Shown piece by piece: positions 13,357-25,695 of a stretch of DNA of 64,000 bases (its first letter is position 1; the number at the start of each line of letters is the position of its first letter). The notes beneath the pieces were generated by a model. It saw nothing but the letters and a program-made list of their open reading frames with translations. It did no database searches and was not told the DNA's origin. Both the position numbers and the translations under genes were made by a program. Source of the stretch: Amoebidium appalachense (lineage: Eukaryota; Protista; Ichthyosporea); the NCBI GenBank assembly GCA_963693365.1, contig CAVNZM010000013.1:7643898-7707897 (forward strand). Reading direction: 5' to 3'.

Positions 13357-13389
<33 letters not shown>

Positions 13390-13530
13390 ATTCCAAACAC
13401 ACACCGTGACACACACACTCACCAAAGGCGGAAAAAAGGGGTCACCCGAGGACTGTCACAGTGCGTGACAGTTGATGTATCATTGTTGTCTTAATATATA
13501 TCAGGGTTATCGTTATTGTAAAACCATGGT

Positions 13531-13745
13531 GAGTATACCACAGTGGACAGCATTTTGGTATATATGTGACACAAATGGGGTACCTTGTTGTTACCCTTGT
13601 TGTTACCCTTGCCACTGAGTGGTACCAATGATGGCAGGGTGGCGAGTATACCACAGTGGACAGCATTTTGGTATATATGTGACACAAATGGGGTACCTTG
13701 TTGTTACCCTTGTTGTTACCCTCGCCACTGAGTGGTACCACCATG
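13531..13745. repeat. Subterminal tandem duplication, ~113 bp x2
   Basis: GAGTATACCACAGTGGACAGCATTTTGG... at 13531 and 13644. Confidence 0.9.
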
Positions 13746-14692
13746 GCAGGGATAACACAAAGGACAATAGATTGGTAGCAGAGTGGTATACATGTAAATA
13801 TCCGTGAGAATACATGTAGGGTACCAGGTTGTTACCCTCGCCGTAGAGTGGTACCACACGGGCATTGATAACAAAAAGGATAAAAAAGTGGTATACAATA
13901 AAGAACCCCAAATGGTATCTCTATTGTTATCACTGCCACTACGGTATCAGCATGTACACAAGTGCGTACGCCAAATATTTAGCCTTTGACATACACGATG
14001 TTACCCAAATGTTATCTAATGTTACCACAGCTATCCCCGTGTAGCATACTGACAGTGTGTAACATTTGTATTATCCTGGCGCCTCACCCTAGACCTAACC
14101 CTCTGACATATAGTAATCTCGGTATGTCCTGATTGGCATAAAATTGGTGTAAAAGTTCAACTTTTTCACACAAACTGCTGTCCCCCGTTTTTACCCCCCT
14201 GACTCAATCCGGGGGATACCACAAGGGTTACAAACGGATGCCCAAAAATACGCAGAATATTGCAATTGCTATCTTATAAGATACAAGTATGCTATAGGGT
14301 TGGTATATCGGGATTGGTACCCCCGTATGCCTTAATGTCACCATATTGTTACCCTCGCCTATATGTTACAATTGGTACAGATATAGTATACACATAATTA
14401 TACAGTATGTTGTACACTATGGTAGACACAATGTTAACATGGACACTGTGTCACCTTTGGTAACATCTGGGTAACACAATGTATAACCTAAGCAGTTATA
14501 CAGGAATGTACCACTGCCATGATGTTACCAACACGCTATCACGACGTTATCATATTGTACAGGGATAGCATTGAGGTGACGTATTGTGTATAATATCGTG
14601 TATACAAGGTTACCAGCGTGTATACCATTGTGTCATGGATAACCGTTTGTATACCAATGTCACCCAAAGTAACGGGGGTAGGTTTGCTGATG

Positions 14693-14902
14693 TTTGTCCT
14701 ATTTATGCAAACCTCTTATTGGTTCACTTCGTTTATGTGGTATGCAGCTGAAGAACCATATATGGTTCAATTCTTAGGTCAGAGTGAGTCCTATTGGTGC
14801 GGACATAATATTTATGTGATATTCATGACAAAGCACGAATCGTGTGCTAGTAGATCACATTCTTTAGTAAACATGTACAGTTCATGTGTACAGTTGTTTA
14901 CA
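14693..14902 (-). repeat. 5' LTR, upstream part
   Basis: Matches 170-379 and ends TGTTTACA, directly joined to YR coding sequence. Confidence 0.93.
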
Positions 14903-15515
14903 ACGTCGCGGCGCTTGGCGTGAAGGAGGGGGTTGAACTTGGCCGCAGATTTGGACGTGAACTCGCCCGAGCGCAGGAGGCACGAGCTGCCAAGCAGCAG
15001 GGCAGCCCACAGACGCAGGGCCTCCAATGAAGAGCCCGGTTGGATGACTGGGAGGAGGGCGCGGAGGTCGGCTGGGAGGAGGGGCTCGAGCACTCGTTTG
15101 GGCCGGTGGCTGCCTTCCAGCAGCAGGAAGCGGCCAGCCCCGCGGATAAACCACTGAAGGCTCTGCTGGCCGGAGCCCGCTGGTGGTGCCATGCCCAAGC
15201 TGCGGTGCAGGCTGTTGACGGCGGAGACGATGCTGGGCATGGTCCGGGCTTGCACCGCACGCATGGCGCACCAGGCAAGGAACAGCTGCACTTGGGCTGG
15301 GCAGGCTGGCAGGTAGCCACCATCAGGATTGCGGCAGTCCATTGCGTAGATGAAGTCGATAAACTGGCGCTGGTAGGACGAGTAGGAGGACTCCGTGCTG
15401 TCACCCACTGAGAGCCGAGTGATGGTGCGGGCCACCTCCGGGACACGGGCCAAAACCTCGGGGGTGAACCACTGGGCAAGCCTACCATGGTCGCCACCAA
15501 AGGGGAGCAAGCCAC
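14903..15515 (-). pseudogene. Tyrosine recombinase, N-terminal ~200 aa, interrupted by the LTR element
   Basis: Core-binding helices STESSYSSYQRQFIDF...QVQLFLAW...VSAVNSLH and box I LWAALLLGSSCLLRSGEF. Homology stops at AKRRDV, where the LTR begins. Confidence 0.9.
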
Positions 15516-16205
15516 CTGCAGGGACAGAGCTGTGTGAGCATCATGCCTAGAGTCCCAGGGGGGGGGGGGGGGGGGTAAAGGCAACGAGCGGGGTGGGCGG
15601 CAGGCAAGCGGGTGCACAGGCAGGCAAACAAGGGGGGGGAGGGGGGGGAGGGGGGCGTAGCTAAAGGGCAGAGGATGCATGCAGCGCTGGCAGGGAGGGC
15701 GGGGGAAGGGGAGGGGGGGGTATGCGCGCACAAGCCGCGGTGTAGGCGTGCGTGTGTGTGCGCTAGTGTGTGGGTGTGTATGAGCATGTGTGTGTAACAC
15801 CGAGGTTAAGCATGCACGATCGAACTTCGGGGCGGTGGAGGGGGTGGCAGGGTGGGGTTGGGGGGGTTGGGGGAGGGGAAGGAGGGGGGGGGGGGGGGGG
15901 GGGGGGGGGGCAGGACACGCCACAAGCAGTTGGCACTGCGGGCCAGCACAGAACAAAGAGGCACACCGTGTGTACACCGTAAGACCGTAATGTATTGTCC
16001 CAAACACTCCACCGGGTGAGTGAGGGAATCCGAGCGAATGCGTGTAGTGGGGGGGGGGGCGGCCCCGGCCGCCACTGCAGAACATGAATCGTGCGATATA
16101 CAAAGTGGGAAGGGGGGAAGGGGGGGTGTCGGTGCCCCCCACAGCCCACACGCCAAGCCCAATACAAAGGCAAAGGAACAGGGGAGGGGGCTCGGCCCAG
16201 CCCCA

Positions 16206-16690
16206 TCACGAGAGAGGGGCAGCAAACCACCCCGCTAGCCACTCAGGCACGGGTGTTGGGACTGGTGCGTGCCACGGGTGCAGCCGGTCGAAAGTGGCCC
16301 ACTGTGCCCGCGAGATGGCATCCGCAATCGAGTTTTCCACGCCAGGGATGTGCTTGGCCGAGACCAGCACCGTGTAGCGCATTTCCATCAGCGTGATGAG
16401 ACGCAGCACCCGGGCAATGGCAGGGACGGGGGAGTGACGGGACGCGATCGTAGGTACTGCACCGTCGTTATCGGTGAGCACGCGTATGTGGCTGTTGCGA
16501 CAGCTGGGACCCCAACAGGCCAGGGCCACGGCAATGCCAGCCAGCTCAAACAGCACGGAAGCCCACACATCTCCGCCAGCAATGACCGTGCGCCAATGGT
16601 CCGTCCATGCTAGGTGAAACCACGCTTGACCCCAGTAGCCACCGCATCCTATGCTGCCGGCCGCATCTGTGGTGAACATGTGATGCACGG
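16206..16690 (-). CDS. DIRS/Ngaro RNase H domain (frameshifted from RT at G-run 16689-16697)
   Basis: FTTDAAG...LFELAGIAVAL...LTDN...KHIPGVENSIADAISR contains the D-E-D-D catalytic set. Confidence 0.93.
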
Positions 16691-18087
16691 GGGGGGGTAA
16701 GCACACGTATGCCGTTCCACTCGGGGAGGAACTCCGACCACAGCACAACGTCGGCTCGTGCGTCGGCGCAGACACGGATGTGGTGGTGGGGCCCTAGGCC
16801 GGCCCTCTCAGCCTCCGCCAGCAGATGAAGCAAGCGTTGAAGAAAGGCACGGGCACGCCCCAGCGCCACAACCTGAGCACACCACATGAGCTTGCCGCAC
16901 AGGGACCGTAGGTCTCGAACAGTGGCCTTGGTGCGACCCCGCCAATCGGCTAGCAGGGCCCGGAGCTCGGTCAGCTTGACGGCAGGTAAGCGGGCCTCCA
17001 TGCGCAGAGTGTCCCACTCGAGCCCAGAGTAGATGAGCGTGTGTGAGGGCAGCTGCACTTTGTCGTCGGCAAGCGTAACACCCACCTTCGAGCACACCCA
17101 CCGAAACACCAGCATGTTGAAGGCGCACTCTTGCAGCGTATGGCCGCCGAAAAAGAAGTCGTCCACAAAATGCTGTGTCTCTGTGGCGTTGAGGGCGTGG
17201 GCGAAGTGCTGCAGGGCCTGAGCTATGCGTTCCCAGAACGCTGGGCTGGACCGCAAGCCAAACGGTAGGCGGGTCTCCACATCGAACGCGCCTAGCAGCT
17301 GGAACGACAGCAGTGGCTGGTCGTCTGGGTGCACCGGGCCGTGACGAAAGGCACCCTTCACGTCGTATGCCCCGAGGAAGCAGCCCTGGCCGAGCCGAGC
17401 TACTGTTTGCATCACCGTGCGGATGGTGATGTACTCCAGCTGATCCGGGTAATCGACCCCATCGTTGATACTGGAGCCACGCGGGAAGGAAAGGTCGTGG
17501 ATGCGGCGGACGCCCGTGCCGCCCTTTTTGGGAACTGCCCCGAGGGGCGAGGATACAAAATAAGGATAAAGGGCCACCATCTCGTCGCGGGTGAAGGGGC
17601 CCAGGATGTGGCCGCATGCCACTTCCTTCGCAATGTCGGCTGCAAGCTGCTCACGGGCCGCCAGCGCGGACGGGTGGTTTCGGCCCACCCGGGTGACCCG
17701 CTCGCCGAAGTAACCGACCGAGAAGCCCAGCTCTAAGTCGCGGAGCAGAGCCTGCTGAAACGCAATGTCGGGGTGCGGAAACAACTCAAACAAACGGCGG
17801 AAGTTGGGGACAGATACGGTCTGTGGTGGTGCCGCTGGGGGGGGTGACCATGGGCCCCGCAGGGCAACGGAGAGGGCAGGCCCAGCGCTGACGTCAGCCC
17901 CTGCCCGAAAGGGGGCTGGGCCCCCTAAGCCGGGTTGGCCCCCCCTTCCCCCGCCCCGTTGGCTGGGTTGGGAGGGCAGGCGTGTGCGCTGTGCGCCGCT
18001 GAGCCGCACTTCAGGCAGGCGTGCTTGTAGCGGCAAGGGTTGGGTCCCTTCCTGGTGCAGCCCTTGGCCGTGTTGAAGCCCCGGCAT
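16690..18087 (-). CDS. DIRS/Ngaro reverse transcriptase (overlaps gag 3' end; true start uncertain)
   Basis: SSPLGAVPKK...RRIHDLSFPRGSSIND, YDVKGAFR, LPFGLRSSP, HFVDDFFF and GLEWDT motifs. Confidence 0.95.
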
Positions 18088-18985
18088 ATCTCATCCGCAG
18101 CAGGGGCCGGGCTGGCGCGAGGGCTGGCTGTGGCCCCCCCAGAGGCAGGCTGCCGGGGTGTGCGGGGAGCGGTGGGTGCCTGGTGCAGGCGGGCACCAGA
18201 CAGGGACACGGCCAGCTGCACAGCGTCGGGTGCGTCGAGTGGGCGGCCAGAGGCAGCGCACGACCGGCGGTGTGCATCCTCCCAGCGCATGATGGCAGCC
18301 CACTGGTACTCGGGTGCCAACTCAGTGGCCACAAACTCGGCGTGGGCCAGCAGGGCCGTGACGGGGGCGTTGGCGTTGATGCGTAGGCGTAGCAGCTGCA
18401 AGATGCAGCGCAGGTAGGTCTGCAGGTCCGGGCACAGGGCGGGCTGGCGCTGGGTGCCAGGCGTCTGCAGCACAACCGTGCCAGCAGGCAGGCCAGGCAG
18501 GGAAACCGGCTGGCGCTGCGTGTGGACAGAAGAGCCCGTGGGCGGCAGCAGGTCGAGTAAAGCGAAATGCTGCATAGGCTCGAAGATGGCAGCCCCCTGG
18601 ACCTCCGGGGACAGGTGGGGGCAGGGTGGGTTCGACTGGCTGCGCTGGCTGGCCCCCCAAACGGCCAGTTGCAGGGCATTGGGCGGCGGAGGCAGCTGGT
18701 GCATGTCGCCGCCCTGAGGGTCCTCCTCACGGGGGCGCTTGTTGGCGTTGCCGGGGGGTTGCTCTACAGCATCCACGGCCCCCGCCGCAGCGGCAGGGGG
18801 CCCCGTGACAGGGGGGTTCCTACCGGTTCCGCCCCCGCCAAGGTTGACGAGGTGGGGGAAGGCGCGCAGGAGAAGATCTTGCTGGGAAGGGGGGGCCGGG
18901 CTGGCCTGCAGGGCCTGACGGGTCGCGTTGGCCACCTCAGAAGCAAACATGCGAATGGTCGCTGCCAGCTCAGGGGTCAGGGCAA

Positions 18986-19033
<48 letters not shown>

Positions 19034-19106
19034 CGTCCTGCACAGGAGGGCGCGCCTCCTGCCCTGCCTGTGCTGCAGGGCCATTGTCTGTTGGGTCTAC
19101 TTCCAT
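17925..19106 (-). CDS. Gag-like ORF1 with polyQ and C-terminal Cys/His zinc fingers
   Basis: Open frame from MEVD. C-terminal CRGFNTAKGC...CRYKHACLKCGSAAHSAHAC and the WAAIMRWEDAHR helix are typical of DIRS/Ngaro ORF1. Confidence 0.88.
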
Positions 19107-19619
19107 ACTTGAGCCGCCGTGTGCTAGCCACCGAAAACGCAATCGTGCTAACAAAAACCGTACGTGCAGCACACGGCGAAAACGAAGGTGGCCTGCATCT
19201 GCAGTGTGCTGCGCCGGAAATACCGGCGCTGGTGGCGCCTGACGTCAGGCGCTGCGCCAGACCGATGTCAGCCGCCGCTGCGGCTGCGCCTGGCGCCGCG
19301 GCCCGTGACGTCATGGGCCGCCCGGCTGCCTGCGCCCGAAGTGATCCGTGAAACATCTTTCATCTGCTGCGCATATGAAACGTACATGGCGTGTGTGGCT
19401 CACCAGCAGACAAACAGACGCAATATAAAATAGAAGAGTTGTCATTTAAAAACACGCTAAAATTTTGCGTTCGCGCTTTTAATCATTTGAAATATAATCA
19501 TACACCATTAATCTGGGTTTACTTATCGCCACGACGCCATCCCTCGTCATCTATTGCTTCATCCGACTGTATACCCGGCGTGCAGCCCCACATGTAGGCC
19601 TACGTGACAAACTTGGGGA

Positions 19620-19654
<35 letters not shown>

Positions 19655-19879
19655 TAATCCCACCCAGTGCGCATCTCCCCCCCCCCCCCCCCCCCCCCCC
19701 GCTCCGCCACCATTTCCCCGGGCCCTTCCCCCCCCCCCCCCCCCCCCCCCCCCCCTTCCCCCCCTTCCAGCAGCTAGCACCCGCGCTTCTCTCCCTACCC
19801 CTGCCGCAAATTCATGGTTCTAACCATCAGTGAACCCATTTTCTTGTGCTCTGACAATTGTCTCTCTCTCACCCCCCCC

Positions 19880-19951
<72 letters not shown>

Positions 19952-19966
19952 TCTCTCTCTCTCTCT

Positions 19967-20013
<47 letters not shown>

Positions 20014-20015
20014 GC

Positions 20016-20055
<40 letters not shown>

Positions 20056-21024
20056 CCGCACCCCACCTTCTTCTTACATCTCTCTCCTCTCTCCCTCTCT
20101 CCCTCCCTCTCCCCTACCTCCCCACCTCCACCCCCCCCCCCTCCCCCCACCCACCCCCCCTATCTCTCTCTTTGTCCGTCTCTCTCTCACCCTATCCCCT
20201 CCCCCTCCCCCCCCCCCCCAACTTCCGCCCCCTCCCCTCCCCCTTCTCGGGCAACCCCTCCCCCCCCCCCCCCCGCCCCCTCTTCCCCATAGATCAAAAA
20301 CATGCGCTCACCTCCCCCCTCCCCCCTCCAACTCCCTTCAAACTCACTCCCCTTGCCTATTCAAACACGTGTTGGCACAATGTGAAGCTCCTCTCCCACT
20401 TGTTCATATTTTGCTTCGCTTTATTCGATCCAGAAGGGCTTCAAACATAGACATAAACAAACAACATACAAACTGGACATCGTTCCGCAGGTTCCCATAA
20501 CTTTACACTGCTTCCTCTTTTTGAGTATCATCCTGTTGCCTTAAAATATGGCAAGTGGCGGTGCGCACCCGCACCCTGTGACGTCACAGCATGTTCTACT
20601 TGCCAAATAAAGCTAATCAGATCGAGCCTGTCGCCATTTGATTGGCGTTTCAGACAAGGTTGAAAACACTCACGAACAGCTCTCACGAACGTTTCATCTC
20701 TTGTCTGCAGACAAAAGCAAAAAAACGTGAACCAACTCATTTCAGTGCCAGAAGCGGTTGAGTGGCCTATAACGATACTTGTATGTTTTAGGTAACAGGG
20801 TGATAATCCGAGTGCTTTGCACCAAGTATCCTGATCATGACATACTGAACGCAAAAGCAACCGTGCTTATCTTCCCCCAAGACACCCACTCTCTCTCAGG
20901 CTGCCCCACTCACACCTACAAACTAACGTCCACCACCGAGTCCACACACACACACGCGCACTCTTTCACCAGCTTCCAACACCCTCCCACACGAACAAAG
21001 ATCCCCCCCCTCCATATATCAAAT

Positions 21025-21522
21025 ATGGACTCCCTCCCCGTCTCCTCCCAAGGGGCACTCCCAGGCTCACCCAAGCCTACTCTCCGTCGCGAGAACGAAG
21101 CATCCACAGCTCATTCCGCACCGAAAATCCTGGGTGGGGGTTGTTATTGCGGAAATATACGCTATCAGATTACAGGCCCCAAGAAAAACGAAACCTACTG
21201 CCACTGCAGCATATGCAGGAGGGTGATTTCAGCTCCGAGCGTACCGTGGTTCACTGTCAGTCGAAAGGATTTCCGGATAATTTCCGGTGGGGAGATAACG
21301 TATTTTCGCTCTAGTGACAAGGCGAAGCGAGGGTTCTGCAACAAATGCGGAAGTGGACTGACGTTTGAATCTACCGACCACCCGAACGAGATAGATTTAA
21401 CCATCTGTTCGCTGGACGACCCCACAAAGGCCACCCCCAAGGACCATATTTATGTTGCAGATGCCCTTCCGTGGGGAACACCGGATGATAATTTGCCTAG
21501 GCACGCACAAGGGAGAAAGTAA
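21025..21522 (+). CDS. GFA / CENP-V (Mss4-like) zinc-binding family protein, 165 aa, intronless
   Basis: GGCYCGNIRY...CHCSICRR...RGFCNKCGS...SLDDP...HIYVADALPW matches the glutathione-dependent formaldehyde-activating family pattern. ATG at 21025 is in frame with ORF 20779-21522. Confidence 0.92.
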   Translation: MDSLPVSSQGALPGSPKPTLRRENEASTAHSAPKILGGGCYCGNIRYQITGPKKNETYCHCSICRRVISAPSVPWFTVSRKDFRIISGGEITYFRSSDKAKRGFCNKCGSGLTFESTDHPNEIDLTICSLDDPTKATPKDHIYVADALPWGTPDDNLPRHAQGRK

Positions 21523-22059
21523 ACCAGAAAGCTGAAGCCGAAGGGGAATAGTATGATGTCACTGCGGCAGAGGGCACGCTGACTGGTGGAGGCAACGTGG
21601 AAAATGGAAAAAGCGGTTGTGTGTTCAGGAAACAAAGGAGCGTCTACCTGGGTGGGGTTGAGTTCGAGGGTACTATTAGCAGCAGTGAGGTTGATATGTC
21701 CTGTGTGTTTTAGTCGATGAACTTCAATACAAACTATAATTATAATGCACTCGATGATTGCCTGTTTGTTTGTTTGCAGGCTCGTTAAATATTCTTTTGT
21801 AGGAAGAGCGGGGGGGGGGGGGGGGGGGGGGGGGGGGAGGGGGAAGGCTCGGGGGGAAAGGGATGATCGACGTGAGCTGGAGAAGAGGGATTAGGGGCCT
21901 TCCGGGGGGGGGTATGGGGGAAGGTGGGGAGGGTCTTTGTCCGTGTACCGGTCAACTGTTTTTAGACTTGATTCTTCTTTGCTTTACCTCTTCCCCATCC
22001 TCCCTTTACTATCCCCCCCCCTCCCCCCTCCCCCCTCCCCCCCCCCCCCCCCCCCCCCG

Positions 22060-22172
22060 CATACTGTGCGCATGGCTGATGCTGCATACTTGAATGTTTG
22101 CCTTTGCATGTGTCCTGCATCATGCTTCTCATCGTCTATGCGTACTTCGTACTGTGTTCCGCATTCAAACCC
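22060..22172 (-). repeat. Inverted partial copy of the dispersed TTTGAATGCG repeat family
   Basis: Reverse complement of ~24305-24419. Confidence 0.88.
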
Positions 22173-22203
<31 letters not shown>

Positions 22204-23341
22204 ACAAAACACACACACACTACGTACACAGACACAGCCACATGCCATTACATATGCCCTTCTTAAAACGTTCAAACGTCCCATTCCCCCCCCCCCCCCC
22301 CCCCCCCCTTCCCCCCACCAAACCCCGCCCTTTCCCTCCCCTGGATTACACTTTCTTGAAGGAAATGGATGTGCAAAACAAGTTGGGAAGCGTTCAGTGA
22401 GAAGGCGATTTCTTTTCTGGTCAGTTTTAGGAGGCGTTTCTTGTAGGCAGAGGATTGGGGGTTCGGGTGGAGTACTTTCTATTTGGATGCATGTTTGTTG
22501 TTGGTTGGGTCCGGGATCCGTCTGTAGTGCAGCGCGTTAGAGTCGAAGGATAGGGTGACCACCAGGGGCCCGCCCAGTTGATATTTAGCTGAAGAATATC
22601 TACAGCAAGTTGTATCTACGTATATACACGAAACCCCATTTACAATCGAAGGAGTGATCTGATTTGGCGAGGTGACTGGGAGGAAAATAAAAGCTGAAGT
22701 TGACTCGGAGTCCAATTATATATAAAATTTGTGTGCCAAGATTCGCGTGGCCCAACATCGTGTTGCTTCAGGCCAATAACTCCCTTGCACGCGTGGATGA
22801 CGAATCGGTCCCGCCGGATTTCCCCCCCCCCCCCCCCCCACCTCCCCACCGAATCATGGTTAAAAGATTTTTAACCACAGCACCGTTTGTCCTCCGTATA
22901 TATGACTGGGTTTTTGGTTTTTGAGCTTCAAGGGAACCGGTAGATGCTGCTTGGGCGCGTACGTGCATGTGCCCGTGCATAGTATTACGTGTGTGTGCAT
23001 GTGCACTTGCATGTGGTCTGGCCATGCGCATACACACGCGCATGACATGTGACACTGTGCACGAATTCGTACGTGACACGCGTGTTGTACGTATACCTGG
23101 ATGTGCACATGCATGCTGCACATGTGCGTGGCTGCATATATGCACAATGTGTGTGTGGCCGTGAGTGCATGAATGCAGGCACAACCATGAGGACCATGGC
23201 CAGGTGAGCTGAACTCTACCCTCTACAAATCGAGACCTAGAGTCTGTCTGGCAGAACCACGTGAACGTGTGCATTTAGATATCTTTGGCTTATGGCAAAA
23301 CGTGTTATGCTCGAAGCAAATGCTCTTGCCGTGCTTTGATT

Positions 23342-23738
23342 TGCAAGAGTGGCCACTCTTGCTCCACTTGCTCGTTCACTGAACCTCAATCGAAACTCGC
23401 CGGTTCCTCCCTCCCCTCCCCCCCCCATCCCCTCCCCTCCCCCCCCAAACACCCACCCACCCACCCGCCCTACCCCACCACCACCAAACACTGTGACACA
23501 CATAGACACAGCAAAACACCTTCTTGTACACACTGTTGCCGCAACCACAACCACAGACGTGTGAAAGAAGGTGTTATGCTGTGTCTGTGTGGTGGTGGGG
23601 TGGGGTGGGGTGGGTGGGTGGGTGGGTGGTGGTGGTGGTGGTGGGGGGAGGGGGGGAGGGGGGGGAGAGAGGGGCCAGACGAGTTTTGTTTGAGGTTCAC
23701 TAAACGAGTGAGTGGAGCAAGAGTGGTCACTCTTGCAC
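23342..23738. repeat. ~400-bp imperfect foldback (MITE-like or hairpin locus)
   Basis: 23342-23399 is reverse-complementary to 23680-23738. The inner arms GACACAGCAAAACACCTTCTT / AAGAAGGTGTTATGCTGTGTC and (CCCA)n/(TGGG)n also pair. Confidence 0.85.
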
Positions 23739-23957
23739 ATGGATGTTGGGGGGGGGGGGTGTGTGTGTGTACCTTCGTGTGTCAGGTGTGTGTGTGTGTA
23801 CGCATAATATGACTGTGAGAGTGTGGTACACCAAACAGTGCAGTGCAGATACATGCAAAAAACGGCAAGAACACTTAGTATAACACCAAGGCCCCAGCCC
23901 TCTTGGGTGGGGTTTCCGCTGACAGAGTACGAAGTACACATTCACGTCGGACAAGAC

Positions 23958-24112
23958 CGAAGCAAGACCATGCAGAAGCAAGACCATGCAGAAGCAAGAC
24001 CACGCAGAAGCAAGACCATGCAGAAGCAAGACCATGCAGAAGCAAGACCACGCAGCATGCAGAAGCAAGACCACGCAGAAGCAAGACCATGCAGAAGCAA
24101 GACCATGCAGAA
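23958..24112. repeat. 16-bp minisatellite (GCAGAAGCAAGACCAY)n, ~9 copies
   Basis: Read directly from the sequence. Confidence 0.93.
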
Positions 24113-24304
24113 GTTGCACGGGAGGAGAGGGGGGAAGGGGAGGGGGGATATTCGAGGGCGGGAAAGCAACGATAGCAACATCACGAACATGAAATGTAAA
24201 CCAAGTGCAAGTATAACCGAGAATTAACAAAAACACATTCATCAGCGAGCAAGCATGTAGAGGGAAAGGGCGAGTGGAGGAGGGTTGGGGGTCCTTTGGG
24301 GGGG

Positions 24305-25330
24305 GGGTTTGAATGCGGAACACGGTACGAAGTACGCATACACGATGAGAAGCATGCTGCAGGACACATGCAAAGGCAAACATTCAAGTATGCAACATCA
24401 GCCATGCGCACAGTATGCGTCATAAGTAGAGCCCATTCACAGGGAGGGCCCAAGTCATCAATTGCGTCTGAGTTTCGACCCCTTAGCCCGCGTATATATG
24501 ACTCTCCAACTCAGACAGCAGCATCAACTGAACTTGGGAGGGTCAACCCGTCTTGATCAAAGACGAGCAGGGTTGCTTATGCAAGCAAGGTGAGCAAAAC
24601 GGTGAAGATGTGTGTGCAAACTAAAGCAGTGCAGCAAAAAATGGGGGGGGGGGGGGGGAAGGGGGGTTTGAATGCGTCATTAAGTACGAAGTACACAAGA
24701 ACAATGGATAACACGATGCAGAATGCAAACCATACATAAAGAGTATGCATAATAAGCAGAGCCCAACCTCAGGGGGCGCCCACGTCATCCACAGTACCCG
24801 AAGGGGGGGGGTTTGAATGCGGAACACAGTACGAAGTACGCATACACGATGAGAGGCATGCTGCAGGACACATGCAAAGGCAAACATTCAAGTATGCAAC
24901 ATCAGCCGTGCGCACAGTATGCGTCATAAGCAGAGCCCATCCTCAGGGAGGGCCCGAGTCATCAATTGCGTCTGAGTTTCGACCCCTTAGCCCGCGTATA
25001 TACGACGCTCCAACTCAGACAGCAGCATCAACTGAACTTGGGTGGGTCAACCCGTCTTGATCAAAGACGAGCAGGGTTGCTTATGCAAGCAAGGTGAGCA
25101 AAACGGTGAAGATGTGTGTGCAAACTAATGCAGTGCAGCGAAAAACGCGTATGTGCTTACAGATGCACGACACAGAGCAACCATGCCCGGTTGCATGGAA
25201 GTAAAGATGTCTCCACACAGTGGTCTGTCCTGAAAGGACACCTCTGAAAGAAGACAGGGAGGGTTTGAATGCGGAACACAGTACGACGTACGCATACACG
25301 ATGAGAGGCATGGTGCAGGACACATGCAAT
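24305..25330 (+). repeat. Cluster of dispersed repeat family copies (type A 24305-24630 and 24810-25140; type B 24665-24801; partial A 25260-25328)
   Basis: All begin with a G-run plus TTTGAATGCG. Type A copies are near-identical over ~310 bp. Confidence 0.92.
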
Positions 25331-25664
25331 GGGGGGGGGGGGGGGGGGGGATGGATGAAAGTGCCTCGGGAAGAGAGAAAGGAAGAGGCAGGAATATATG
25401 GCAACCCAAAAAACTCGAAACAGATTTGAATGTGATGGTGTGGAGGGTGTGTAGTGTACCGTCTCTTTGTGTGTGCCCAATATTAGTTGGTGTACGTGTG
25501 CATGTGACACTGTGTAGCTATGTGTACATGTGTGTCAGAATTTGTAAGTAAATGTGTGGGTGCATCCATTTTTGGTGGACATGAGATTGAGCATGCCGTG
25601 AGCAAGTGTGTGTGTGTAAATGTGGAGTGTGTGTGTGTACACGCTTGTATGTGGCAGGCAGGAG

Positions 25665-25695
<31 letters not shown>

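Larger units (their letters stand above)
14903..19350 (-). mobile_element. Ngaro/DIRS-type tyrosine-recombinase retrotransposon (5' boundary approximate; 3' part displaced upstream of the window)
   Basis: Collinear gag, RT, RNase H and YR on the minus strand in a GC-rich block. The RNase H motif TDAAGSIGCGGYW is of Ngaro type. Terminal repeats cannot be verified in this window. Confidence 0.92.

Noticed and set aside
14898-16151. 417-aa alternative-frame ORF overlapping YR, and ORFs 16808-17617 and 18011-18730
   Set aside because: GC-rich shadow frames without recognisable motifs. No methyltransferase or other extra domain was seen in the element.
20779-21024. N-terminal extension of the GFA ORF from TTG 20779
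   Set aside because: Non-ATG start and low-complexity, UTR-like sequence; ATG 21025 is preferred.
24930-24990. Hammerhead ribozyme in the repeat family (minus strand has GTCGAAAC and CTGAGGA)
   Set aside because: Stem II cannot form between the bases after CTGAGGA and those before GAAA, and CTGAGGA is mutated in two copies. Not a canonical hammerhead.
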